DNA of 64,000 bases. It comes from the human T2T-CHM13v2.0 reference genome, Homo sapiens. The DNA is taken from the NCBI RefSeq assembly GCF_009914755.1, contig NC_060932.1. One strand, given 5' to 3'. This document shows, in pieces, positions 1 to 14,949 of the stretch; positions within the stretch are counted from its first letter, which is position 1, and every line of letters begins with the position of its first letter. The notes under the pieces were generated by a model that worked only from the letters and a program-made list of their open reading frames with translations, did not search any database and was not told the DNA's origin. A program made the translations under genes and the position numbers.

Positions 1-2081
1 CAGAGATTCAAATTCTTCCTGGTTTAGTCTTGGGAGAGTGTATGTATCCAGGAATGTATCCATTTCTTCTAAGTTTTCTAGTTTTTTTCTTTTTGCGTAA
101 AGTTGTTTATAGTATTCTCTGATGGTAGTTTGGATTTATGTGGGATTGGTGGTGATATCCCCTTTATCATTTTTTATTGTGTCTATTTGATTCTTCTCTT
201 CTTTATTTGTATCGCTAGCAGTCTATCAATTTTGTTGATCTTTTAACAAAATCATCTCCTGAATTGATTGATTTTTTGATGGCTCTTTTGTGTCCCTATC
301 TCCTTCAGTTCTGCTCCGATCTTAGTTATTTCTTGTCTTCTGATAGCTTTTGAATTTGTTTGCTCTTGCTTCTCTAGTTTCTTTTAGTTGTGATGTTAGG
401 GTGTCAATTTTAGATCTTTCCTGCTTTCTCTTGTGGGCATTTAGTGCTATAAATTTCTCTCTACATACTGCTTTAAATGCATCCCAGAGATTCTGGTACA
501 TTGTATCTTTGTTCTCATTGTCTTTAAAGAATATCTTTATTTCTGCTTTCATTTCATTACGTACCCAGTAGTCATTCAGGAGCAGGTTGTTCAGTTTCCA
601 TGTATTTGTGTGATTTTGAGTGAGTTTCTTAATCCTGAGTCTAATTTGATTGCACTGTGGACTGAGAGACAGTTTGTTGTGATTTCTGTTCTTTTACATT
701 TGCTGAAGAGCACTTTACTTCCAATTATGTGGTCAAATTTAGAATAAGTGTGATGTGGTTCTGACAAGAATGTATATTCTTTTGATTTTGGGTGGAGAGT
801 TCTGTAGATGTCTATTAGGTCTGCTTGGTGCAGAGCTGAGTTCAAGTCCTGGATATCCTTGTTAACTTTCTGTCTCGCTGATGTGTCTAATATTGACAGT
901 GGGGTGTTCGAGTCTCCCATTACTATTGTGTGGGAATCTAATTCTCTTTGTAAGTCTCTAAGGACTTGCTTTATGAATCTCGGTGCTCCTGTATTGGGTG
1001 CTTATATATTTAGAGTAGTTAGCTCTTCTTGTTGAATTGATTCCTTTACCATTATATAATGGCCTTCTTTGTCTCTTTTGATCTTTGTTTGTATAAAGTC
1101 TGTTTTATCAGAGACTAGGATTAGAACCCCTGCTTTTTTTTGCTTTCCATTTGCTTGGTAGATCTTCCTCCATCCCTGTATTTTGAGCCTATGTGTGTCT
1201 CTGCACATGATACCGGTCTCCTGAATACAGCACACCGATGAGTCCTGACTCTTTATCCAATTTGCCAGTCTGTGTCTTTTAGTTGGGGCATGTAGCCCAT
1301 TTACATTTAAGGTTAATATAGTTATGTGTGAATTTCATCCTGTAATTAAGATGTTAGCTGGTTATTTTGCCCATTAATTGATGCAGTTTTTCATAGCATC
1401 AATATATAATTTGGCATGTTTTTGCAGTGGCTGTTACTGGTTGTTCCTTTCCATGTTTAGTGCTTCCTTCAGGAGCTCTTGTAAGGCAGGCCTGGTGGTG
1501 ACAAAATCTCTCAGCATTTGCTTGACTGTAAAGGATTTTATTTCTTCTTAACTTATGAAGCTTAGTTTGGCTGGATATGAAATTATGGTTTGAAAATTCT
1601 TTTCTGTATGAATGTTGAATTTTGGGCCCCACTCTCATCTGGCTTGTAGGGTTTCTGCCGAGAGATCAGCTGTTAGTCTGATGGGCTTCCCTTTGTGGGT
1701 AACCCGACCTTTCTCTCTGGCTGCCCTTAACATTTTTTCCTTCATTTTCACTTTCGTGAATCTGACAATTATGTGTCTTGGGGTTGCTCTTCTCGAGGAG
1801 TATCTTTGTGGTGTTCTCTATATTTTCTGAATTTAAATGTTGGTCTGCCTTGCTAGGTTGGGGAAGTTCTCCTAGACAATATCCTACAGAGTGTTTTCCA
1901 ACTTGGTTCCATTCTCCCTATCACTTCCTGTTACACAAATTAAACGCAGATTTGGTCTTTTCACATAGTCCCATATGTTTTGGAGGCTTTGTTCATTTCT
2001 TTTTACTCTTTTTTCTCTAATCTTGTCTTCTCACTTCATTTCATTAATTTGATCTTCAGTCAGTGATATCCTTTCTTCCAG
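1..2081 (-). mobile_element. LINE-1 (about L1PA5-7): 3' part of ORF1 plus ORF2 endonuclease region, 5'-truncated at ~2081, continues left of the window
   Basis: Minus-strand ORF fragments match L1 ORF2p EN (CCIQET..THRLKIQGWRKIYQANGKQKKAGV; GDSNTPLSILD..IDIYRTLHPKSKEYTF; [13 protein letters not shown]). Frameshifted and stop-containing. Confidence 0.93.
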
Positions 2082-4238
2082 ATGACTAGGGTACGTCTGT
2101 TCCTTAGGCCCTCCTGCCAGACAGCTCTTCCCAGGGCCCCTGCCTGCAAACAGGAAGGAGGGTGTGCATAGCAGCAGCCTCCACTGTCCAGCCTGGGTGC
2201 TTTACTAACAGATGCACTTAAGTACTTTGCTGGGGGCCTGGATCATTTTGGACCTCCAAATGTAACCAGTACCTTATCCCAAGGGGCCAGAAAAAAATAA
2301 CTATGAGCTGGTTCCTGTGCCTCAGGGTTGCAGTGCACAGCTCCAGAGTACTGAGCTAAGATCTGTGCCTGACACTTGAGCAGGAAAGGAGCCCTCACTC
2401 TCAGAATACTGACAGGGTTGAGAAACATGGGCTTATGGGCCAACAAGGGAGCAGGGAAGCCATCCCTTTGTAGGGCTAGTCCAGAAGAAGTGTGGCCTAT
2501 TTTCCAGGCCTGGCCTCTGTCCAAGGGAGTCCCATATCCCAGAACATCTTAAAAAGGAAATGTAGGCTCAGCACCAGTGATCAGAGGGGACTTGCCCAAA
2601 GATCGGGAGCAAACCTGGAGAAGGGGTCATGTCTCTCCCCTCCCTCACCACAAAGTATGACTGAGAATGTGAAGAAAAACAAAAGATTCATGTGGCTGAG
2701 TAAAAGCCTATCTGGTGGCCACTACTCTTAAGGGCCATCTACTGGATCACAGCCAGAATTATAACACCAAAAAACATTCTGCCAATATACATTTCTGTGA
2801 AACCCAGGACAGAAATTCAGCCAAAATTAAAGGTCCTTTACAGAGTCATGGCCCTCTGAAAGCACCTAGAAATTAAGCCAATTAAGTATAATCACCATAC
2901 ACCACAGTTAAAGGAACCCCGGCCTTCTCAGATGAGAAAGAATAAGTGCAAGAACTCTTGATATTCAAAAACCTAAACATCCACTTAAGCCCATTAGCTT
3001 CCCAGCAATGGTTCTTATCTAAATTGAAAAGGCTGAAATGACAGACATACAATTCAGAATCTGGATGGCAAGGGAGCTCATCAAGATTCAGGAGAAAGTT
3101 GAAACCCAACCCAAGGAATCCAAAAAGTCCAATAAAATTATCCAGGAGCTGAAAAATAAAATATCAATTTTAAGAAATATCCATTTTAAGAATGAAAAAA
3201 ATATCCATTTTAATTCTGGAAATGAAAAATTAACTATAAGAATTTCATAATACAAATAGAAGTATTAACAGCAGAAAAGACCAAGCTGAGCATAGAATCC
3301 CAGAGCCCAAAGACCAGTTTATTGAATCAACTCAGTTAGACAAAAATAAAGAAAAAAAACTTAAAACGTGAACAAAACCTCTAACAAATATGGGATTATG
3401 TAAAAAGACCAAACATATGACTCACTGACATTCCTGAGAGAGGAAAGAGTAAGCAACTTGGGAAGCCTATTTGAGGATATAGTTCACAAAAGAATTTTTC
3501 AATATAGCTAAAGAGGTTGACATGCAAGTTCAAGAAATACAGAGAATCCTGGAAAGATACTATACAAGATGATCATCTCAACATATATAGTCATCAGATT
3601 CACCAAGGTCAACATAAAAGAAAAAGTTTCAAGCCAGCTAGAGAGAAGGGTAAGATCACATACATAGTGAACCACGTCAGGCTAACAGTGGAACTCTCAA
3701 CAGATATCTTGCAAGCCAAAAGGGATTGGGGCTTATTTTCTGTGTTCTTAAAGTAAAGAAACCCTGGCAAAGAATTTCATATACACAAAACTAAGCTTTA
3801 TCTACAAAAGAGAAATAAAATCCCTCTCAGAGAAGTGAATGCTGAGAGAATTTGTTGCAACTAAACCAGCTTTACAAGAGGTCCTTAAGGAACCTAAACA
3901 TGGAAACAAAAGAACAATACATGTTACCAAAAAAACACACTTCAACAAATAGACTACAGACACTATAAAACAACTACACAATCAACTCTACAAAACAAGC
4001 AAAACCACATAATGACAGAATCATAATTTCACCTATCAATACTAACCCAGAATGTAAATGACCCAAATGCCCCACTTAAAAGGCATGTAGTGGCAAGCTG
4101 GATGAAAACACAAGAGCCAATCATCTGCTGTTCTTAAGAGACCCATCTCACATGTAACAACACCCAGACATTCTAAGTAAAGTAAGAGAGAAAGAGCTAC
4201 CATGCAAACAGAAAACAAAAAAGAGAAAGAGTTGCTAC

Positions 4239-4239
<1 letters not shown>

Positions 4240-4275
<36 letters not shown>
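4240..4275. repeat. (AT)n microsatellite inside L1 ORF2
   Basis: About 17 AT units seen directly. Confidence 0.95.
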
Positions 4276-4281
<6 letters not shown>

Positions 4282-5162
4282 CATATAAAATCAGACATTA
4301 AACCAACAACAATTTGAAGGACATTATATAATAGTAAAGGATTCAATTCAACAAGAAAATGTATTTATCCTAAATATATATGCACCCAACATTGGAGCAC
4401 TCACAATTATAAAACAAGTCCTTTTGGACCTATGAAAAGACTTAGACAGTCATAGAACAATAGTAGGAGACTTCAACACCTTACTGGCAGTGTTAAGCAG
4501 ATTATTGAAGCAGAAATCTAACAAAGAAATTCTGGACTTAAACTTGACACTTGACCAAGTGGACCTAATAGACATCTACAGAATACTCCATCCAGCAGCC
4601 GTAGAACATACATTTCTCTTATTTTCACATGGAACATACTCTAAGATCAACCACATGCTCATTAATAAAGCAAGTCTCAAATTTTTAAAAAAATTGAAAT
4701 CATACTAGGTGCACTCTCAGACCACAGTGAAATAAAAATAGAAATCAATATCAAGATCCCTCAAAACTATACAAATATATGAAAATTAAACAACTTGCTC
4801 GTGAATAATTCCTACCCAAAGAGCAAAATTATGGCAGAAATAAGAAATAATTAATGAAAATAGGAACACAATTTACCAAAATCTTTGAGATAAAGCTAAC
4901 GCAGTGTTAAGAGGAATGCCTATAGCACTAAATACCTTCATCAAGAAGTTAGAAAAAACTCAAATTAATGATCTAACACTGTACCTATAGAAACTAAAAA
5001 ACAAGAACAATCCAATCCAAAAGCTAGCAGAATAAAAGAAATAACTAAGATTAGAGATGAGCTGAATTAAATTGAGAAAAACAAACCTAGAGAGGAGCAA
5101 TGAAACCAAGAGTTAGTACTTTGAAATAACAAACAAGATGGAAAGACTGTTAGCTAGATTGA

Positions 5163-6228
<1,066 letters not shown>

Positions 6229-7910
6229 AGAGAAGATCCAAATAAGTACTATCAGAAATGACAAAGATGTCATTAAAACTGATTCTACAGATATACAAAC
6301 GATCATCAGAGAGCGTTATAAAAAATTCTATGGACATAAATTAGAAAATCTAGAATAAATGGATACATTTCTGGAAAAACACAACCTCCCAAGATTGAAA
6401 CAGGAAGAAATAAAAACCTGAACAGACCAATATTGAATTCTGAAGTTGAGTCAGTAATAGAAACCTACCAACCAGCAAAATCCCTGGATGGATACATAAA
6501 CAAATTCTACCATATGTCCAGGAACAACTGGTACCAGTTCTATTAAATTATTCCAAAAATTGAGCAGGAGGAGCTCCTCCAGTCTATGAACCCAGTATCA
6601 ACCTGACAGGTACCCAAGGAAACAAGAATCTGACACATACCCAAGGAAACAAGAAAACATCAGACCAATATCCCTGATAGACATATATTCAAAAATCCTT
6701 AACAAAATACTATCAAACCAAATACAGCAACACATCAAAAAGTTAGTTCATCATGATCAAGGAGGCTTTATTCCTTGGAAGCAAGGCTTCTTCAGCATAC
6801 ACAAATCAATAAATATGATTTACCACATAAACGTAATTAAAAGCAAAAATCATATGAACATCTCTATAGATGCAAAAGAAGCTTTTGATAAAATCCAACA
6901 TTCTTTCATTCAATAAACTGGACATTTAAAGAATATACCTCAAAATAGTAAGAACCATGTATGAGAAAGCCAAAGCTAACATCCTACTGAAAAGGCAAAA
7001 GCTTGAACAATTCCCTTTAAGAACTGAAACAATGATACCCACTCTCACCACTCCTATTCAACATAGTATTACAAGCCCTTAGCCAGAGCAATCAGGCAAG
7101 AGAAAGAAATAAAAGGCATCCATATGGGAAAACAAGAAGTCAAACTATCTCTCTTTGCTGACACTAAAACTTTATACCTAGAAAACTCTTTAAAGACTAC
7201 ACCAAAGGGCTCCTGGAACTGATAAATGTCTTCAGTAAAGTTGCAAGGTACAAAATCAATGTACAGAAATCAGTACTATTTCTATACACCAATAACATTC
7301 AAGCTGTGCGTCAAATCAATAATGCAATCAGATTTACAATGGCCAAAAAAGGAGGAAATATCTAGGAATACAGCTAACCAAGAAGGTGAATGATCTCTGC
7401 AGGAGAACTACAAAATACTGCTGAAAGAAATATGAGATGACAAAAATAAATGGAAAAATATTCCATGCTCATGGATTGGAAGATTCAATTTCATTAAAAT
7501 CACCAAACTTCTGAAAGCAATTTACAGATTCATGCTATTCCTGTCAAACTACCAATGTCATTTTTTCACAGAATTAGGATAAACTAGTCTAAAATTAATA
7601 TGGAAACAAAAAACAGCCCAAACAGACACAGCAATCATAAATAAAAGGAAGAAGCCAGAAACATAATACTCCCTTACTTCAGACTATACTACAAGAATAA
7701 AGTAACCAAAACTGCATGGTACTGATACAAAAACAGACACATAGGCCAATGGAACAGAATAGATAGCCCAGTAATAAAGCTTCACACTTACCCTATCTGA
7801 TCTTACACAGAGCCAATAACAAACAGGCAATGGAGAGTGATTCTCTATTTAATAAATGGTGCAGAGATGACTGACTAGCCATATGCAGAAGAATAAAACT
7901 GGATCCGTAC

Positions 7911-8172
7911 CAATATAGTTTTAAGTTTGTTCCTTCCAAATCTCATGTTGAAATGTGATTTTCAATTTGGAGGAGAGGCCAAGTGGGAGGTATTTGGGAC
8001 ATTGGAGCAGATTCCTTATAAATAACTTGGTGCCATCCTTGTGGTAATGAGTGAATTCTCACTATGGTAGTTCATGTGAGATCCAGTCGTTTAAAAGAGT
8101 GTGGCAGCTCTTTTCATTAAATGTTACCCAGCCTCAAGTTTTCCTTCATAGGAATACATATGGACGAACACA
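7911..8172 (+). mobile_element. MaLR solo LTR (MSTB-like), internally deleted
   Basis: CCAAATCTCATGTTGAAATGTGAT...TTACCCAGCCTCAAG...ACA; 5-bp TSD CGTAC/CCTAC; L1 ORF2 continues on both sides. Confidence 0.85.
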
Positions 8173-10454
8173 CCTACCTTCCACAATATACAAAAGTTAA
8201 CTCAAGTTGGATTAATGATTTAAATGTAGGACCTCAAACGATAAAAATTTTAGAAGAAAATCTAGGAAATACCCTACTTGACACAGCCTTGGCAAAGAAT
8301 TTTTGGCTAAGTTCCCCAAAGCAATTGCAACAACAACAAAAATTAAGAAGTGGGACCTAATTAATTAAAGCGCTTCTCTACAGCAAAAGAAACTATCAAC
8401 AGAGTAAATAGAGAACCCACAAAGAAACTACAAACTATGCATGCAACAAATATCTAATGTCCAGAATCTGTAAGAAACTTCAGATTCAATAACAAGCAAA
8501 AAACAAGTAACTCCATTTAAAAATGAGCAAAGGACATAAACAGAGTGCTCAGAAGAAGACACATAAGCAGCCAACAAACATAGAAAAGTATTCAATATCA
8601 TTAATCATCAGAGAAATGCAAATCAAAACCACAGTGACATACTATCTCACATCAGTCAAAATGTTAAATCATTATTAAAAAGTCAAATTACAGATGCTGG
8701 CAAGCCTTCAGAGAAAAGGGAACACTTATACACTATTAGTGGGAATGTGAATTAGTCCAGCCACTGTGTAAAGGAGTTTAAAGATTTCTCAAAGTTCTTA
8801 CCAGAGTTGCTGTTCAACCCAGCAATCTCATGACTGGCTATATAACCAAAGAAAAAATAAATTATTCTAATGAAAAAGACATAAGGACTCATGCTGATTA
8901 CTGTACTATTGACAATAACAAAGACATAGAATAAACCTAGGTGCCCATCAATGGTGGATTGGATAAAGAAAGCATGGTACACACACACCATGGAATACTA
9001 TGCAGCCATAAAAAGAAATCATATCCTTTGCAGCAACTGGGATGCAGCTGGAGGCCATAATCCTAAGCAAATTAACACAGGAATGGAAAACCAAATAGCA
9101 TGTGTTCTCACTTATTAATGGGAGCTAATCATTGAGTACACATGTGCATAAAGACAGGGCCAATACACACTGGGGATTACTGGAGGGGAGGAAGGAGGAG
9201 GAGGGCATGGATTTAAAAACTACCTATTGGGTACTTTGCTGGGTGATGGGATCCATACCTCAAACCTCTGCAACATGCAATATAGCCATGTAACAAACCA
9301 GCACATGTACCCCCTGAATCTAAAATAAAAGTTGATATTATTTAAAAAAGAAAGAAAGAAATAATACAGGGGATCATCAATTCTAAAACACTGCCAGATA
9401 ACCCAAATTTTTCCTGGGAGATAGAAAATTCAATATATATTGTGTGTTATTACATACGAGGCCTAAATTAGTGCATATGTGTATATCTAAGAATATATAT
9501 TCCTACTCACTTGATCCCTGTAATGATTCTGGAAATAATATATTATCTCACACTACAGAGGACAGAAACAACCTAGAATCAGCTTTACCAAGAGCAAGGA
9601 AAAAGGCACTTGATATTGTCTGGAAAAATCACTAGCCTCAAATGGAAAGACTTCAGAGACTTCCCAAACATGAGTTTGAACCCTGTCTCTCCCATTTCCC
9701 ACCTGAGAGGCCCTGGCTAGGGGAAAAAAGTGATTTTAGGGAAGGATGCCCAGAGTTACTGTGACATTTGAGAAGAGCAGGCCACAGAACATCTGTTCAA
9801 AATAAATGTGCGTAACACCTGGCAGTAAAACTCACTGGGGAGTAAAATCCTGTTAGTAAAAGTTCAGCAATATGTCATTTATGAACTGTTTTCTTTAATC
9901 CTCAACTCCATGGCAATAGAGATTCTTGCAGTTTATGAATAAGCACAGCTTTCAGCTACAATTAAAATTTAAGTTTCTGTCTATTACATAGGTTTGGAAA
10001 CTAATATTTTTATGTGGCTTTTGACTACAGCAGCAGCTCCTTTACTGGTGGATGGAAGTTCTTAAGCAGCAATTTTCTTAAAATGTTTACCTTTTCTTGG
10101 TCTAATCTGCCTCCCATTATGATTTTTTCAAAAATGCAGAAGGCAGCATGCACTTGATCTTAATTGTTTACCATTTTAGTTGGGAAGTGACTGTATGAAT
10201 TCTAGCTGCTCAGTACATTAAATAATATGCATTAAAAATTGTTAGAGCTTATCTGTTATTCTATAAACATTTGTTCATTTTTGCTTCCTGGGTTGATTTT
10301 TTGGAATATTTCTATTGTGCCATTAACACCATGACTGACAAAAAGCATATAGTGTTTCCTGAAGGGAAAATAGAGGATAAAATATAGAAACAAATAACCA
10401 ATCTGGAGTGATCTACGGCATACCCCATGGTTTGGACAACTCATGACAGATATA

Positions 10455-10670
10455 TATTGATGTGGTTAAACACAGGACACAAAGTCAAATGTCATGGGTC
10501 AGAATGCCAGGTCTAGCTGCCCATGTATGTGCTAGCGGACAAGTTACCCTCTAAATTACCCTATAAATCTCAGTTTATAATATTGAATGAGAGTGATAAA
10601 ACCCAACGCAGGACTTCTCCAAGGAATGACTAGAATAATGTATACAAATAATTTGGTATGTGGTAATTGC
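10455..10670 (+). mobile_element. MIR SINE relic
   Basis: GTGGTTAA..., GGACAAGTTAC...CTCAGTTT core-like sequence and a GAATAATGTATACAAA 3' part. Confidence 0.55.
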
Positions 10671-11269
10671 AAAACAAAGAATAGATTTTAATAATTATAA
10701 ATGTATGTCTGTGTTATTTACTATAATTTCTTGGTCATAATATTTGTGTGAATTTATCTATATACACATATCCAGTGTAAAATAGTCATCTATCTATCTA
10801 TCTACAGTGGGAGACCCAGAGAGATAATAATAAATATATACAGAATGAAAGATATATCATTATAAGTGATAAAATAAAAAATATAATGCAATGGATTTAT
10901 AATATCAGCTTTATGGTATAATGTGACTTTCTCAGAATCAAATATTTCACAAGTTACAACTGACTGTTCCTGCCGAAACCAATCAGTTCACTGAAACAGG
11001 AGAGAGAGATTTCTTCTGAGAGCAGTAATTTATCAATTTTTCTCTAGGGTACTTGTCATTTCCAGTCCTAATTTAAATATTCCTTTCTACCTCCTTTATT
11101 ATAACTTCTCAGAAGCTTTGGCTTTACTCTGATTTGCCTTTTTATCTGCCATAGTTCTTAGCATATTGAACACACATATAAATATTCAAATAAGGGCAGA
11201 AATCAGAGTACTACAGACATGTAGATTTATTGTGGAGCTTCTCAAAGAGACCTTACCTCTTGATAAACT

Positions 11270-12200
11270 ACCTTAAAAATATTTAAAACACAAACGAGTT
11301 AAAGATCAAGGAAACCTTCTGAAGCAAAACAGAAAACTTAGAAGCTGTAAAAATAAGGAAAATAAGGAAAAGATACATTTGATTGCATGGAAGTGTAAAA
11401 AATGTCGTATGACAAAAAACATTAGAAGAGAGGTCACATTAGAAGTGAAAACATTTAGTTCTATAAAACATGAATTTGTCTCTATAATATAGAAATAAAT
11501 CTTTAAATGGGTAGGGATAAAAGATAGTCAAACATAGGCAACAATGCAGAAAGGTAATTTACAGATTAGGACGGGGCTCAGCCTCAATAATTAGTAAAAT
11601 GTATATTAAAGCAATTATAAGGTGTCACTTTACCACTGAAATTGATTAAAAATAGTAACACTCATTGCTGACAGTATATGGGGAAAAATGTGCTCTTCTA
11701 TATGGCTGAGGAAAATAAGATTAGTAGAAGCCTTCAGAAGAAGAAATATAGCTATGTGTACTAAATTAAAAATACACATAATGTTCAACCCCACAATGGC
11801 ATTCTTCTTAAGCTACCACATGAAATGGAAAGGCTACAACATCTAGGAACAAGGAAGTTTATCACAACAAGATATTCAGCAAAACAAAACAAAAATCTAG
11901 AAATAAATTGAAAGCTACCAAAGGGTAATAGTTTAATAAATTAATAAATTAGGATATTTTCATACCATAGATGGTTTATAATTATACTAGTTAGCTGGAG
12001 CTATTTCCTCAATATATTTTAAGTGACTAAAGCAAGATGCAGAGAAATGTATGTAATATGGATGAATTTACATAAAGCCATGCAAACAAGAAACTGTATA
12101 TTTTTATGTGCTTATCTGAGCATGGAAAAAAACAGAGTGGAAACAAATGTACTGCACTATTTGCATTGGTTGCCTGTAGTCAGAGAAGTGAAAGAGTAAT
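11270..12200 (+). mobile_element. Ancient L1M (L1ME-like) ORF2 end / 3'UTR relic
   Basis: Degenerate L1 3' motifs such as TAAAATGTATATTAAAGCAATTATAAGGTGTCAC and TTCATACCATAGA. Confidence 0.55.
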
Positions 12201-12497
12201 ATTAAAAAAAAAAAACACAATCAAGTAGTTGCTGTTGTGGACCATGTGCCTCCTTCATGTTGTCAGGGAAACAAAAATAGAAGGTGTTGATCATTTTGAA
12301 ATAAAAGTTGGAAATTAAAAATATTCAAAGTTTGAATACACGGAATCAAGATAAAGATTTCTAAAGAGAGTATTCAATATTCACATTACTCTAGAAGCAC
12401 CCAAATCACAAAGGTTGTACAAAAAGGATTCCCAAATAAAGATCTAAACCATGCCAAATAAGGAGATTGATATAGACAATAAGCAACTCTAAGGTAA

Positions 12498-12558
12498 CAC
12501 CACACACCTACATAAATACACACACACAACATACACAGAGACACTCAGACACACATAC
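12498..12558. repeat. Imperfect (CA)n
   Basis: CACCACACACC...ACACACACAACATACACAGAGACAC. Confidence 0.7.
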
Positions 12559-13801
12559 GCTTCATAAGCCACTAGGCGTTTCTGTAAACCCTATCACAAT
12601 TTGAGTCAGTTATCAGCTAATTCTCTCTATAGGGAATTAGCTTGTCCTCTGGAATGAAAGTGATCAATTGAATTTGATTTATCTTCCTCCACCTCCAGTC
12701 CATGTTGTCACACTCATCTCTCCTGTTGGAAGACCAGGCTCTATAACGCAACCTGACAAGAGAAAACCAGAGTTTAATTCTGGACAGCTTTCTATAGTAG
12801 TAAGTTAGACAGGGAGACTAAAGAATTTCTTATTTTCTCCTTTGTCGTAGCTTTGTTGTAGCTACGACAAAATCCTAAATGCAAGACATCCTTTTTCAGA
12901 GAGTACAAAATGTATGTCAGACTATCTTACTACAGGACCAGAAGGGAGGGGCAATGAATTATGGGCAAACGAGTCATTTTCCAGGTGATCTCTTTTCCAT
13001 TAAATTCACTGAGACAGCTTCTTGCCTAAAACATTCACAAATGTCATAGTAAAAAATGTGTTGGCAGCTTGGACAGAGTAGCATGTACTCCATTGTCACA
13101 CAATAAGCCTTATCAAGTATTTTTCAGGCAAGATGATTGCTTCTTTTCTGTAGGTAATTATAAAGTGTGGATAGAAAGATCAACAAACTTGGCCAAAGTC
13201 AAACTACTACTACCATCATTCTACCACTCCCAATATTTAAACCTCAGTATGGCAAATCTTTCATAAAGCTATTGAAATAACAACACAAACATATAGAAAA
13301 TGGTCAGAAAGATACCCTGGTGCTCATGCTACACTGCATGAAACTAGAATAAACCAATTGCTTAGGCAACAGGCAACTATTTGAATACTGAAATCTTAAA
13401 GGAATAAAAACTCTAGGAAATTTCAATTCATCATAATACAGACCAGTAGAGGAAAATGATGCATGGGAAGTCAAAACCACAGATAAGCGCACACCATTTG
13501 AATGTTGGATGTTTTTCCAAGAGAGAGTCAATATTGACATGTGGAATTACATATGCATGTACTAATGTGTGTACACACATACCCATATGTTCTGTGACAG
13601 GATATTGGGATGCCAGTGGAAATCAGTTCGGAAAGTAAATCTGCTGTAAATAATACATAAAAATGGAATAAATAAGCTTTTATTACCACTTACATGAAAT
13701 ATATTCCTATAAAAAGAAGGAATTCATGTTTAAACGATGTAAAGTAATGAAATTTTTGAAAAGTAGCTTTTAGTGAATATTTGAAAGAAGGATATGGGTA
13801 C

Positions 13802-14145
13802 ATAGCCATTCACCACATAATTTTTTAGTCAACAATGGACCACATATACAATGGTGGTCCTCTATGATTATAATACTATATTTTTACTGTAACTTTCCTG
13901 TTTAGCTCTGTTTAGATACACAAGTACTTACCATTATGTTACAATTACCTACACCATTATTCGGTACAGTAACATGTTGTTCAAGCTTGTAGCCTAAGAG
14001 CAATAGGCTAGACCATGTATACTAAGTGTGTAGTAGGCCATACCATCTAGGTTTTTCTAAGTACACTCTATGATGCTTGCACAATGACACCGTCTAATGA
14101 TGCATTTCTCAGAATGTATCTCCATAATTAAGTGACACATGACAG
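13802..14145 (+). mobile_element. Tigger3a / MER7A non-autonomous TcMar DNA transposon
   Basis: Follows the Tigger3a layout: GGACCACATATACAATGGTGGTCC...TGTAGCCTAAGAGCAATAGGCTA...GCATTTCTCAGAATGTATC...CATGACAG, then TA. Confidence 0.88.
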
Positions 14146-14679
14146 TATTCTAGTTGTCTACATTTCAAACTCATGGGTAAAATGTTCCTAATTGTGGTCA
14201 CTTCATTTCTTGTCATTATATCTCCAGAAAAGAGACAAAATTGCAAGCAGACACTCTTTAAAAATAAAATAAAATAAAAAGCACTGACTATCACAAAACC
14301 TGGGACACACAGAATATACCAACACTATTTTATATATCCATACAACATATATACAATGAATTGTATCATTAATAAAGTTGAAAAATTAATTGTTAAAGAA
14401 TAATATACATACTCAGAGTCTACAGTTGGGATCAGTGACTTCCTTACTACCATTTTCAAAGGAGGGCTTAGTTCTCTTGTAAACAATTCCATTGAGCCAT
14501 AACCCATCCTTGCCAATTCTCAAGGTCCCTACATATAACTCACAGTCATCCTCTCCACCCCAAACTTCATCACCCTGGATGACTTTAATGGCCAAGTTAA
14601 GTTAATGATCAATCTAGTACATATTCTTTTTTTTTTGTTTCTTCAAGATTTTTGTATCTATATTACTTCAACCAAATTT

Positions 14680-14900
14680 CTTTCATCCTTATCCTTAACT
14701 TTCAGAAATGTTTGACATTGTTGACAACTCCTTCTCATTCCATGGCCTCCATGACTGACCTAATTTATTTAGGCTTCTCTGATCATCTCTTTATTTATCT
14801 TGTTTTTCTTAGCTTTTCCTTAAACGATTCTGTTTCTCAAGGCTCAACTCAAGGTCTTCTGTTTCCCTTAAGATATGTCACCTACTAAATATTATTATCT
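14680..14900 (+). mobile_element. L2 RT-region relic
   Basis: TTTGACATTGTTGACAACT...GGCCTCCATGAC...CTCAAGGCTC, resembling the L2 'AFDTVDH' and 'GVPQGS' coding regions. Confidence 0.5.
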
Positions 14901-14949
14901 ATCTAACTCCAGGCGTAACTGAGCTCTTGTGAGCTTTGTACTCATACAT

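Noticed and set aside
4490-4600. Similarity to the reverse complement of ~45000-45110 as a large inverted duplication
   Set aside because: About 85% identity by eye and different 5' regions, as expected for related but independent L1 copies.
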